A stretch of DNA of 36,067 bases. Source: a virus. Its lineage: Duplodnaviria; Heunggongvirae; Uroviricota; Caudoviricetes. Shown here piece by piece: positions 19,377 to 27,678 of the stretch. Position 1 is the first letter of the stretch. Each line of letters opens with the position of its first letter. The stretch lies in the IMG/VR virus record IMGVR_UViG_2563366915_000004. One strand, 5' to 3'. The position numbers and the translations under genes are program-made. The notes below the pieces were generated by a model. The model was not told the origin of the DNA, searched no databases, and saw only the letters and a program-made list of their open reading frames with translations.

Positions 19377-19654
19377 ATTGTGGTGCTTTTTGTGGGAGTC
19401 ATCCACTTACGCACTTTGTTTTGCCATGCCAGCAGTTAGCTTCTGCTGTAAAACTATTCATGCAGCAAACCTGCACTTCACCACAATGGTTAGCATACTT
19501 TTCCTGATTAAGATTTTGCCAAATATGCTAGCCATTGTTTCATGTATTGGACCTCCTTACTTTTTATTAAAGAGATCCAATATTCACTACTCTGTCCGTA
19601 TCTCTACTCAGGCATCAGCCTTCTTCGTTATCGTATACAGACGAGCGATGAATT

Positions 19655-19870
19655 TTAATCAGTAATGATGACATTTGCTGCTGCAGGACCTTTAGCACCA
19701 CTCTCTATAGAGAAGGTAACCTTTTGACCTTCAAATAAGGTTCGATAATTATCATTCTGAATCGCAGAAAAATGCACAAACACATCTTTACTACCATCAA
19801 CAGGAGAAATAAAGCCGAAACCTTTATCAGCGTTAAACCATTTTACTAAACCAGTCATTTTATTTGACAT
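19655..19870 (-). CDS. cspB: cold shock protein (CspB-like)
   Basis: 71-aa [70 protein letters not shown]..., with CSD RNP motifs. Confidence 0.9.
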   Translation of the reverse strand: MSNKMTGLVKWFNADKGFGFISPVDGSKDVFVHFSAIQNDNYRTLFEGQKVTFSIESGAKGPAAANVIITD

Positions 19871-20170
19871 TCTACATTCCTTAACTTGAGCCTTTCGGCA
19901 TAAATGGTTTGCATAACAGAAACGACTTCGTACTTAATTGGAGAGACTCAAAGAAGGAATAAGTGAATAACACCTGAAATGAGAACTGCTTTAGTAAACT
20001 ACTTCGTATATCGTCTGTTCTTCAAACCGACGCAATCATTAACGCATAGTTGAACATATGAAGCAATGTTTATTTTAGACATCCAGCCATCTTCAACCCC
20101 ATCAAAAAACTATAGCTTTCTTCAGGAACGTGTGTATAGTGCGCCAAGTTATCAGTATTAAGGAATTTTT

Positions 20171-20383
20171 TTGTCCCGTAAAATGACAGGAATTGTCAAA
20201 ACCTTTGACGGCAAAAGCGGCAAGGGTCTTATCACCCCATCCGATGGTCGTATCGATGTCCAGCTTCATGTTTCAGCGCTCAATCTCCGCGATGCAGAAG
20301 AAATTACCACCGGATTACGCGTGGAATTTTGCCGGATAAATGGTCTGCGTGGCCCTTCAGCTGCCAATGTTTACCTTTCATGA
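20171..20383 (+). CDS. cspF: cold shock protein-like (CspF/CspH-like)
   Basis: 70-aa [73 protein letters not shown]; divergent from cspB as in Qin. Confidence 0.85.
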
Positions 20384-20437
20384 GCTATATTAAAGCTTTA
20401 ATTTCAGGCCCCATCGGATCACACATGGAGAGTTTTT

Positions 20438-20527
20438 ATGAATAACCCCGTCTGTCTTGATGACTGGTTGATTGGCTTTAAAAGCTTATGCTGTACTTTG
20501 GCCGTAATAGCTCTGCTAATAATATAA
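20438..20527 (+). CDS. possible 29-aa hydrophobic small protein
   Basis: ATG preceded by GGAGAG; [29 protein letters not shown]; below the ORF-track cutoff; coding status unproven. Confidence 0.25.
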
Positions 20528-20675
20528 TAAGCAGACTCATTGTGTTTAGGGACATTGTACTGGAAGAAAATATTTTAAACATCAGGCAAATAACCAAGTC
20601 ACCAGCTAAATAATAAGTTAACAGACATGAGTCCCGGGATGAGATTCAACATTACCATTGCCCCATTTAAAGCAC

Positions 20676-20712
20676 AAAACCCGCTCATCAGCGGGTTTTC
20701 TACTTTTTCTTA
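20676..20712. terminator. intrinsic terminator downstream of cspF (plus strand); candidate tR' for the late transcript (minus strand)
   Basis: AAACCCGCT-catca-GCGGGTTTTCTACTTTTTC on plus; on minus the same stem is followed by TTTTGTGCTTT. Confidence 0.5.
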
Positions 20713-20744
20713 ACGTCGGGTATACAAAGCCCATCGTTGAAAAA

Positions 20745-20773
20745 ATTTTATCCATATTTTTTGAAAAATGCAA
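20745..20773 (-). promoter_or_regulatory. candidate late promoter pR' (sigma70 -35/-10) downstream of Q
   Basis: Minus strand TTGCAT - 17 bp - TAAAAT, about 30-60 nt downstream of the Q stop and about 50 nt upstream of the tR'-like hairpin; the arrangement is analogous to lambda/phage-82 pR'-qut-tR'. Confidence 0.4.
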
Positions 20774-20804
20774 ACATCATGTCGCCATCTTCAGCAAAAA
20801 TCAT

Positions 20805-21557
20805 TTATCTCGTCACCTTCCTCAATTGCGCTTCCGCGTATGCTTCTTCCTGCCAGCACTTTGTTACCAGTTTATCAATGACGTCCGCATACCCCTTATA
20901 CCACTGATAATCGGTCAGGTCTGGTACCAGCTTCTGGACATGACGTCGTGCCAGCGTGGTCGGTAAACGACTAAATCGGTTTCCATTACAACGCCCACAA
21001 ATCTTATATACCGGTACGCCATGAAACCGGGTTCTTTTTTCATCCAGAACAATCCCTTTACCCTTACACCCTCTGCACGCTGTGCTGACTTCGCCCTTAC
21101 CATGGCAATGCTGACATAGTTCCTTCACCCATTCTTCCTTGATTACAGATTCCCCGCGTCTGTAGTGTTTCACCACTTCGCGCAATACATTATAAAATCC
21201 CGTACCTGAACAATGCTCACAGCGAGCCTTACTTGCCGCAGACCTGGAGTAATCAGCAAAGGCAAAATTCACAAGGTAAGGAATAATCTGTAACCGGATT
21301 TCTTCACTCAATTTGTTCAATGTCGGGTTATCCAGTGCCATCGCGTAATTTAGCAGGCCTTCAATCGCAAACTGAGGGTCCTGAACACCAACTTTTGCCA
21401 GAAATAAGGCCAACCCAAGTGGTGCTTTCGACTGCACCATCCCCTGCGCTGCCATTACATCCGTAATTGTTAAACAACCGGTGCCTGTCGCTGGAGCGTC
21501 ATCGCTCAATTTTGGAGATTTTGGGGAGTAATATTTTGGTAAGGCTTCAAGGTTCAT
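20805..21557 (-). CDS. late-gene antitermination protein Q (phage 82 / QuuQ-type)
   Basis: 250-aa ORF with Cys-rich zinc-binding region (CEHCSGTG...CQHCHGKGE...CRGCKGKG...CGRCNGN) typical of 82-type Q; lies upstream of the lysis cassette. Confidence 0.88.
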   Translation of the reverse strand: MNLEALPKYYSPKSPKLSDDAPATGTGCLTITDVMAAQGMVQSKAPLGLALFLAKVGVQDPQFAIEGLLNYAMALDNPTLNKLSEEIRLQIIPYLVNFAFADYSRSAASKARCEHCSGTGFYNVLREVVKHYRRGESVIKEEWVKELCQHCHGKGEVSTACRGCKGKGIVLDEKRTRFHGVPVYKICGRCNGNRFSRLPTTLARRHVQKLVPDLTDYQWYKGYADVIDKLVTKCWQEEAYAEAQLRKVTR

Positions 21558-21570
21558 GCTCGTTCTCCAC

Positions 21571-22659
21571 TTACGCCAGTACGCCAGTTGCCAGCGCGCG
21601 ATCGATAAAACGAAATATCAGCTCCAGTTGGGAGCCATACTTCTCTTCAAATGCCACTGTATCCGTATGCAGCTCGTTGTGATGCTTTCTGCACAAAGGC
21701 AACACAAAGAGATCATGTGCTTTTGTTCCCATTCCGCCCTGCCCGTGACCAATCAGATGATGCGGATCGTCGGCTGGCATACCGCAGCAAGCACACGGCT
21801 GTGTCTTAACCCAACGAGTGTATTTCTCCTTAACCCAGCGGCGACGTTTAGGCAGCTTCATGAAAGATTCCGGAGACTCTGGATCAACGGTGATGCTTAC
21901 CACCGTCTTTTCCTGTGGTGGTTTTTGTTGCTGGTGGGCGTAAGGCAACGGTGCAAGATTTTCTGTGCGTTGTTTCAATATGCTGGTGGCGGTCTGCTCT
22001 CCCTGTACGATGTCGCTTTCGCGGTACACCGAGCAGATTTTTTCCGCTGGTAATCCCAGCGAACGACGCGATACAGCCTCAGGTAGTGCATCCACCACCT
22101 GATTGCAGACCGCCCACCAGGATAATTCAGCCAAAGATAATTCCCGCTCCTGCGTACCGCTTATTGCGTGACGGATGACGTCAATCACCCATGCTGTCAG
22201 ATTTTGTTGAGCAAGCAGCTCCAGTGATTCCGATGTCTGGTCACGCAGTTGGTTGTCGCAGTGCCAGCACAACACCATTGCGCCGGTACCATAACGGTGA
22301 ATGACTGTTTCAGTGTGATGGTAATCGCCATTAGGCCACTGGCAGGATGTAACATGACGTAATAGCCAGTCAGACAATGCGCCAACGCCGCCAGTAGCAC
22401 GAATCACCCGTTCGTTACTAAAAAACGGCAGCAATGTTTTGTCTTCTGCCAGCGGCTGGCGAACGGCAGGAACGACTCCGGATGGCAGATTTCGCATGCT
22501 TTTTGGTTCCGGTTCCACCAGCACTCGAGGATTATGAAATATCTGTATGGATTCACGGCCCGGCTTAAGGACCACCAGCCCAAGCTCAGGCACCAGAACA
22601 GGTCTAAGTAATACCCGCACGTTACCTCCAGATCCGTTGCTGGAAAGTGCGGGACGCAC
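21571..22659 (-). CDS. DUF968-family protein (YdfU-like) with C-terminal HNH-like Cys/His motif
   Basis: 362-aa ORF (track start is GTG; true start uncertain, possibly an internal codon); C-terminus ...CACCGMPADDPHHLIGHGQGG...CRKHHNELH; same position as ydfU next to Q. Confidence 0.65.
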   Translation of the reverse strand: MRPALSSNGSGGNVRVLLRPVLVPELGLVVLKPGRESIQIFHNPRVLVEPEPKSMRNLPSGVVPAVRQPLAEDKTLLPFFSNERVIRATGGVGALSDWLLRHVTSCQWPNGDYHHTETVIHRYGTGAMVLCWHCDNQLRDQTSESLELLAQQNLTAWVIDVIRHAISGTQERELSLAELSWWAVCNQVVDALPEAVSRRSLGLPAEKICSVYRESDIVQGEQTATSILKQRTENLAPLPYAHQQQKPPQEKTVVSITVDPESPESFMKLPKRRRWVKEKYTRWVKTQPCACCGMPADDPHHLIGHGQGGMGTKAHDLFVLPLCRKHHNELHTDTVAFEEKYGSQLELIFRFIDRALATGVLA

Positions 22660-22900
22660 GTGGTGGGCGTTCGGAATAAGGCAGCCTGACAGAGATTATC
22701 CAGTGCCGATAGTCGAGACTGAGAGCTTTCTTAACCTCGAACCCGCGCCTGCGGTAAGAATGAATCAGCCATTCGGCCTGTTCTGCAGTGCATGGAGGGT
22801 GCTGGAACCATTCAGACTTGAATGCGTGAGAATACCGCCCGTGCGTGCAGGCAAGAACGGGCGAATTATCAGAATTGTAATATTTTACGTTGCGTGCCAT
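22622..22900 (-). CDS. hypothetical 92-aa ORF overlapping the start of the DUF968 gene
   Basis: ORF in the rem-DUF968 interval; not low-complexity, but no family recognised; may be a spurious ORF or a frame-shifted N-terminal part of the DUF968 gene. Confidence 0.3.
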   Translation of the reverse strand: MARNVKYYNSDNSPVLACTHGRYSHAFKSEWFQHPPCTAEQAEWLIHSYRRRGFEVKKALSLDYRHWIISVRLPYSERPPRASRTFQQRIWR

Positions 22901-22966
22901 CGGTTTTCTCCGGTGGCACGGTGTTACTCAGCGGGAGTTCAGCCCCGCGCAAGATTGTAGATGAGT

Positions 22967-23218
22967 TTATTCTTCTGCAAAAGCAGAAAAGCCAGCTTTT
23001 ATTCCGATCTCTTTCAATGCCTGTAATGAAGTGACAAACTCACCTTCGCGCAAGATAAATCCGTCCGTGACCCGAGCATCCACAAAATTAATTAACGCAG
23101 CCCCATTCTTTCGCAAACACATAATGCGGTAATGACTAACAAGATTTCCATTTTCAACGCACACAGCATAGAGGCCATCTTCACAAAAAATTTTACGCAG
23201 TTCTTCGATGTTCATCAT
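22967..23218 (-). CDS. rem: Rem-like small protein
   Basis: 83-aa ORF MMNIEELRKIFCEDGLYAVCVENGNLVSHYRIMCLRKNGAALINFVDARVTDGFILREGEFVTSLQALKEIGIKAGFSAFAEE; position next to hok as in Qin. Confidence 0.7.
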   Translation of the reverse strand: MMNIEELRKIFCEDGLYAVCVENGNLVSHYRIMCLRKNGAALINFVDARVTDGFILREGEFVTSLQALKEIGIKAGFSAFAEE

Positions 23219-23334
23219 CAGAATCCTTCCGGATAATTAGCTCTCCCCTTTAAGGGACCATCCCTCTTATCCCTGCGCGCTACTTAAGTATTTTTGATTC
23301 TATTCCGGCACCGTCCAGATCTTCAAACGCGTTG

Positions 23335-23368
23335 AAAATAAAAACAAAAACCCGCCGAAGCGGGTTAA
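23335..23368 (-). terminator. intrinsic terminator ending the hok transcript
   Basis: Minus strand AACCCGC-ttcg-GCGGGTT followed by TTTTGTTTTTATTTTC. Confidence 0.55.
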
Positions 23369-23434
23369 GTGCGGGTGCGTTGAGGATGCCTGCCACATCA
23401 GAGGTGGCGAGGGATTTCTCCCTCGCCGGGTCTC

Positions 23435-23590
23435 TTACTCCTCAGGTTCGTAAGCTGTGAAGACAGCGACCTCCGTCTGGCCGGTTCGGATTCGTACCTC
23501 GCAGAGGTCTTTCCTCGTTACCAGTGCCGTCACTATGACGGTTAAACAGATGACGATCAGGGCGATTAACATCGCCTTTTGCTGCTTCAT
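23435..23590 (-). CDS. hokD: Hok/Gef-family type I toxin
   Basis: 51-aa ORF MKQQKAMLIALIVICLTVIVTALVTRKDLCEVRIRTGQTEVAVFTAYEPEE: single transmembrane helix plus conserved Cys and periplasmic tail; AAGGAG RBS inside the overlapping mok frame. Confidence 0.9.
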   Translation of the reverse strand: MKQQKAMLIALIVICLTVIVTALVTRKDLCEVRIRTGQTEVAVFTAYEPEE

Positions 23591-23647
23591 AGCCTGCTTC
23601 TCCTTGCCTTTCGGCTCGTAAGAGGCTAACCTACATGTGTCTAGCAT
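23435..23647 (-). CDS. mok (modulation of killing) reading frame overlapping hok
   Basis: ORF MLDTCRLASYEPKGKEKQA... begins upstream and runs in the hok frame region, as in hok/sok loci where mok translation is needed for hok translation. Confidence 0.5.
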   Translation of the reverse strand: MLDTCRLASYEPKGKEKQAMKQQKAMLIALIVICLTVIVTALVTRKDLCEVRIRTGQTEVAVFTAYEPEE

Positions 23648-23720
23648 GAAATTGGCCTCAGATTAATGTTAAGCGTCTTGCAGGACGCGTAATGTTAACT
23701 GGGGCTTTTCTCTATCTGCC
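23640..23720 (+). ncRNA. candidate Sok-type antisense RNA region (boundaries not determined)
   Basis: Inferred from hok/mok architecture: an antisense RNA complementary to the mok translation initiation region is expected here; possible -35/-10 TTGCCT-17-TAACCT near 23603-23631 on plus. No direct evidence of the transcript. Confidence 0.3.
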
Positions 23721-24264
23721 TTTGGTGTTCATGCCCGAGGCAGATAGCCTCAAGCACCCGCAGCCATTCTACTTAACTACCGTTACCTCGCCAATATGAA
23801 ATCAGTCAGAAAGGCGATCCATAAGAACAATAGCAAGACAATAAATCGCCATTACAGCCGTAATAGCCAGCGCACATTTGAGAACCAGCACCACAACCTC
23901 CTGTATTGGACGTAGACCAGTCCTGATGAATATGAGGCTGTCTCGTCAGTGATTCAATACAACTATTGGGTATAGTTTCTCTGATTTTTTCTGTGGAAAT
24001 GGGGCACAACCACTAGTCACCACCAGCACTTCTTTTAATACGCAAAGTCCGACACAAGCTAACCTTCTAGTCCGCTTTGAGCGAAAAACAGCCATAATTT
24101 AGTGCCACGTATATAATGATAGAGCTATTCAAGCTAGCAATTCACATGTAAAAATTCAGAGGGTAGAAGCACATAGTTATAAATGTTGGCTCCATCGACA
24201 AATTGCGGTCTCAAGTACATTTATTAATGTTGCCCCCGCATTAACAAATCATCAAGGTGACGAC

Positions 24265-26052
24265 ATGGACGATATTAATATCAGCCTCGACGAACTTAAC
24301 ACTATTGATTTATCCCCCTTAATCCAGAGTAAGCTGCCAGTTACCTGCTTTGATATCACAAAGTATCTTTCTAGCCTAGGTGATGGAAGAGCGGAGATAA
24401 GACTGCTAACCCATATTTGCGGTTTTCACTTTCGTCCCGAAAATCCACAGGTACCATTTGGTCCGTGCTTTCAAAGCAGCCAAGGTAGATCTGCAATTCC
24501 GGATGACATTAACGGGTTGTCGCTGGAGGTACTTTCTCAATTTTGCCCGACGATAGAGCTACCCGAACTTCAAGCTCGTATTGCTGATACACTTTGGGTT
24601 CGTAAAATTGGTGGAATCCGTTTTCCTTTGCTGGCAGTCCGTGCTTATTATGCGTCCAGTATAGCTATTATGACATCGCAAGGGACGTGGGTTAGTGCTT
24701 TAGAACGCCTAGAGCGTGCGCTTAGGCTGTGTTGTTTTTTTCGAAAGAATACTGATTTCAGGGATGAATTTGATCAGCTTTCGGCACATCTACTAGCAGA
24801 GTATGAACGTACCAGAGAACAAGGCGATTCACCTTATCCGCTGCGACTCCTGCAACTCGATATCGACTGTAAAGTGAGTGAGCCATCTTTTATTGCCCAG
24901 GAACTCCTGTTTCTGACAAAAAACTATCTGGCTCAAAAATTATTTTCATTTGCCGTCGATGCCTGTAAAACCGCAATCACGATTGCGAATAGGTGCTGTG
25001 ACAGAGATACACAGTTTGAATTCTGGCGGCTTCTTGCCGATACACATCTGGAAGAGTCAAAATTCCAAGATGGCGGTATGATTTCGGCAGCCTGCATGCA
25101 GAATGCTATTGAAGCACTGGCTAATATTCCAGGAACCCGAATAGAACGTCTTGCGCTGTATGAAGAAATGCGTGATTACCAAATCGAATCCCGTCACCAG
25201 ATGTCTATCCTTCAGTCTCCCCCTCAAGATATTAGTGAGATTGTCCATCAAGCCAAGAGTCGGGTAGTCGGAAGAGATATGTTTGATATGGTTTTCAGAC
25301 TTGCGATGCTGGTCTGTCGGCCAACCAGCATTGAGAGACTTAAGGCTCAAGCAATAGAACAAAAGGCCAACAGCATAGCTTGGATGTTTGGATCAACACA
25401 TATTGATCATGAGGGAATGACACTTGCTCGCATACCCGCAGGATTGGGGATTGATGATGCAAATGGGGCAGTTATTTGGCCCATAATGATGACGAGAATG
25501 CGTATCGACCATGAGTTGGCAGTAGCTGGGCAAATTATTCCTGCTACAGATGAGATCACAATGAAATATCCAATCTCGGAGGCGTTTTTTCGCGATATGT
25601 TCATCAATCATCCCTTCATCCCGTTTGGGCATGAAGAGTTTTTCATCAAGGGTATGGTTTGCGGTTTCAATGGAGATTTTATGACGGCATGCCACGTGTT
25701 GATTCCCCAGATCGAAAATAGTCTGAGATATGTGGCTAAAATTAAAGGTGAGGAACCATCGCAGCTTCACGGGGACGGTTCGCAAGAGCGAAATGGACTC
25801 AAGGGATTACTAGATAATCCACTGATTATTGAAGCTTTCGGCGTAGACATAATTGGCAATCTTCAGGCCTTACTGGTAGATAAAATCTATGGTGATTTAC
25901 GAAATCAACTAGCTCACGGATATGTGCCTGCCGGTTACTACAATCAACCTCCCTGCATTTTTGCATGGTGGCTTGTATTGCACATTCTAATGAACCCTAC
26001 GGCGAGATACTGGCAAGCCACTTATGGCCAAGAGAGTGAGGCTCAGACTTAA
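24265..26052 (+). CDS. 595-aa protein with C-terminal HEPN-type Rx4HxY motif (candidate RNase-type defence/abortive-infection effector); N-terminal roughly 500 aa of unknown family
   Basis: Long ORF with AAGGTGA RBS 5 nt upstream of the ATG; opposite orientation to all flanking prophage genes; motif GDLRNQLAHGY (R546-x4-H551-x-Y553, nt about 25891-25923) about 45 aa from the C-terminus. Confidence 0.75.
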   Translation: MDDINISLDELNTIDLSPLIQSKLPVTCFDITKYLSSLGDGRAEIRLLTHICGFHFRPENPQVPFGPCFQSSQGRSAIPDDINGLSLEVLSQFCPTIELPELQARIADTLWVRKIGGIRFPLLAVRAYYASSIAIMTSQGTWVSALERLERALRLCCFFRKNTDFRDEFDQLSAHLLAEYERTREQGDSPYPLRLLQLDIDCKVSEPSFIAQELLFLTKNYLAQKLFSFAVDACKTAITIANRCCDRDTQFEFWRLLADTHLEESKFQDGGMISAACMQNAIEALANIPGTRIERLALYEEMRDYQIESRHQMSILQSPPQDISEIVHQAKSRVVGRDMFDMVFRLAMLVCRPTSIERLKAQAIEQKANSIAWMFGSTHIDHEGMTLARIPAGLGIDDANGAVIWPIMMTRMRIDHELAVAGQIIPATDEITMKYPISEAFFRDMFINHPFIPFGHEEFFIKGMVCGFNGDFMTACHVLIPQIENSLRYVAKIKGEEPSQLHGDGSQERNGLKGLLDNPLIIEAFGVDIIGNLQALLVDKIYGDLRNQLAHGYVPAGYYNQPPCIFAWWLVLHILMNPTARYWQATYGQESEAQT

Positions 26053-26270
26053 AGTGAATAAGTTTACGAAGTTGGCACTTCCGGATGCATGTCCATATGA
26101 GTTGAGGCGATTTGGTTAATAAGGTTGAGTGCTGCTGAAATTATTCGATGTCCGCTTTTGGCACAAAGCGGACAACCACGCCAGATCTACCCTGTGCCAT
26201 GAAAAATGAGAATGTCAATTCACTCCTGAACTAATGCTTTTTAATCTAGTAACGTCTAAAATACCTAACA

Positions 26271-26672
26271 TTATCCCTGATAAAATGCCAGTATGCGCTG
26301 CATAACTTCACTCATCCGGCACTCGCGACAGATTATGTTTAGGCGACTGTCGTAGCGACGTATTTCTCCATCAGGTAACGACCAGATAAGGTCCGGATCA
26401 ACCACAGCTGTTTTCTTCACCTTTGCCCTCGAGAGTTTTTTGCGGGCGTTTTGCCAGTCCTTACGCGCCTGTTCAGACGGGAATAACCCGTAGCCGGAGT
26501 TGTATACATCGCCACTGGCTACCAGCTCTCTGGCAAGAACGCTCATCAGATATCTAGTCGCACCTGTTTTAGCTTCCAGTTGCCGTAACGTCTCACGACC
26601 GCTCTGGCGCACGAGTTCCACCACCTGCCCTTTAATTTTTTCCCGCTCTTCTTGTGTAAAAACTTTTGCCAC
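26271..26672 (-). CDS. hypothetical protein (133 aa) downstream of the replication initiator
   Basis: ORF with GTG start preceded by AAGGGGG; possible winged-helix-like N-terminus and CxxC near the C-terminus; family not recognised. Confidence 0.5.
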   Translation of the reverse strand: MAKVFTQEEREKIKGQVVELVRQSGRETLRQLEAKTGATRYLMSVLARELVASGDVYNSGYGLFPSEQARKDWQNARKKLSRAKVKKTAVVDPDLIWSLPDGEIRRYDSRLNIICRECRMSEVMQRILAFYQG

Positions 26673-26712
26673 AAGTCCCCCTTAAAATTACCTCATGACC
26701 TGAAATCAAAAC

Positions 26713-27678
26713 TTATCCTCTGAAACCAGGCGGAATTTCTGTATCCGGTTCAGAAATATGATTAACACAACGCTGTACAGGTGAACGCCCCAGGCGGATG
26801 ACCAGTTCGTCCCATTTTTCGCGGAGCTTTGACGGGCTCATGATGTTTTTTACCCAGAATGGATCCCGCTGTACCCGACCAAACATTTCACAAATTTGTC
26901 TGTGGCTTCTGCCATCCAGCATCCGCATTGTGCGCACATCATTGGCCCAGACAGTCCAGTTAGGCTCTTTTGGTCGCATGATCTCGCCATCATCACTGGC
27001 GGCCTGTTCGTAGAGACCCACGATCCGCCCCCATATCCACTGCGCACACGCCAGATCCTCCTGGCTACCCCACTGGCGTTTTTTCGCACTAAACACAACT
27101 GCGCCAGGGTGCCGGATTAAAAAATCCTGTTCAGCCGTCTGCGGGTCCGGTTGCGAAGCTTCCGGACGAAAAGTGTTTTTATTCTCTGTAGTAATCTCTG
27201 TTGTATTCTCTGTAGGATCATCGGGCCATTTTGACCCGATGACATTGGGTCGTTTTGAACCAATGGAGCGTTTCATTTTGACCTCTTCCATCGTGTCATT
27301 TTGACCTGATGGAGCGGCGCATTTTGAACCGATGGATTCGCTCAATTTGCCATCATCTAAAAGCTCGCTTCCATAGTTAATCGTGTAGAAATTGGTCATA
27401 TCGCGCTTTGATTTATTGAGCTTTTCACAACGCAAAAGCCCCAGCGTTTTCAGACTTGCAAACGCGCGCTTTAACGTTGACTCTGACCAGAATGGGAACT
27501 GTTCCAGCCATTGTTCCGTTGTGTTGTAAATCCAGCGAACACCATCACATTCCATGCCGGAATTGGTATCTCTCAACCAGTAATGCAACTGCTGCAACAC
27601 AATGGCTTCATTTAAGCCAATCTTCATCGCAAGCTGTGTGTTTATAACCAGTGGGCGTTCAGCAAAAAGAAGGCTCAT
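26713..27678 (-). CDS. replication initiator (lambda O-like / replisome organiser) containing the origin iterons
   Basis: Track ORF 26713..27732; start moved to internal Met MSLLFAERPLVINTQLAMKIGLNEAIVLQQLHYWL...; the central region encodes a repeated IGSK motif coinciding with DNA iterons; position downstream of the cro-like and cII-position genes. Confidence 0.75.
   Translation of the reverse strand: MSLLFAERPLVINTQLAMKIGLNEAIVLQQLHYWLRDTNSGMECDGVRWIYNTTEQWLEQFPFWSESTLKRAFASLKTLGLLRCEKLNKSKRDMTNFYTINYGSELLDDGKLSESIGSKCAAPSGQNDTMEEVKMKRSIGSKRPNVIGSKWPDDPTENTTEITTENKNTFRPEASQPDPQTAEQDFLIRHPGAVVFSAKKRQWGSQEDLACAQWIWGRIVGLYEQAASDDGEIMRPKEPNWTVWANDVRTMRMLDGRSHRQICEMFGRVQRDPFWVKNIMSPSKLREKWDELVIRLGRSPVQRCVNHISEPDTEIPPGFRG
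27226..27351. repeat. origin-like iterons: 5-6 direct repeats with about 23-bp periodicity (consensus cATTTTGAcC...GATGG) inside the initiator gene
   Basis: Repeats near 27228, 27252, 27275, 27298, 27321 and a degenerate copy near 27344, followed by an AT-richer stretch; analogous to lambda ori within O. Confidence 0.65.

Noticed and set aside
23806-24009. 67-aa Cys/Gly-rich minus-strand ORF upstream of hok
   Set aside because: No RBS, odd composition, and it lies in the hok leader/promoter region; judged a chance ORF.
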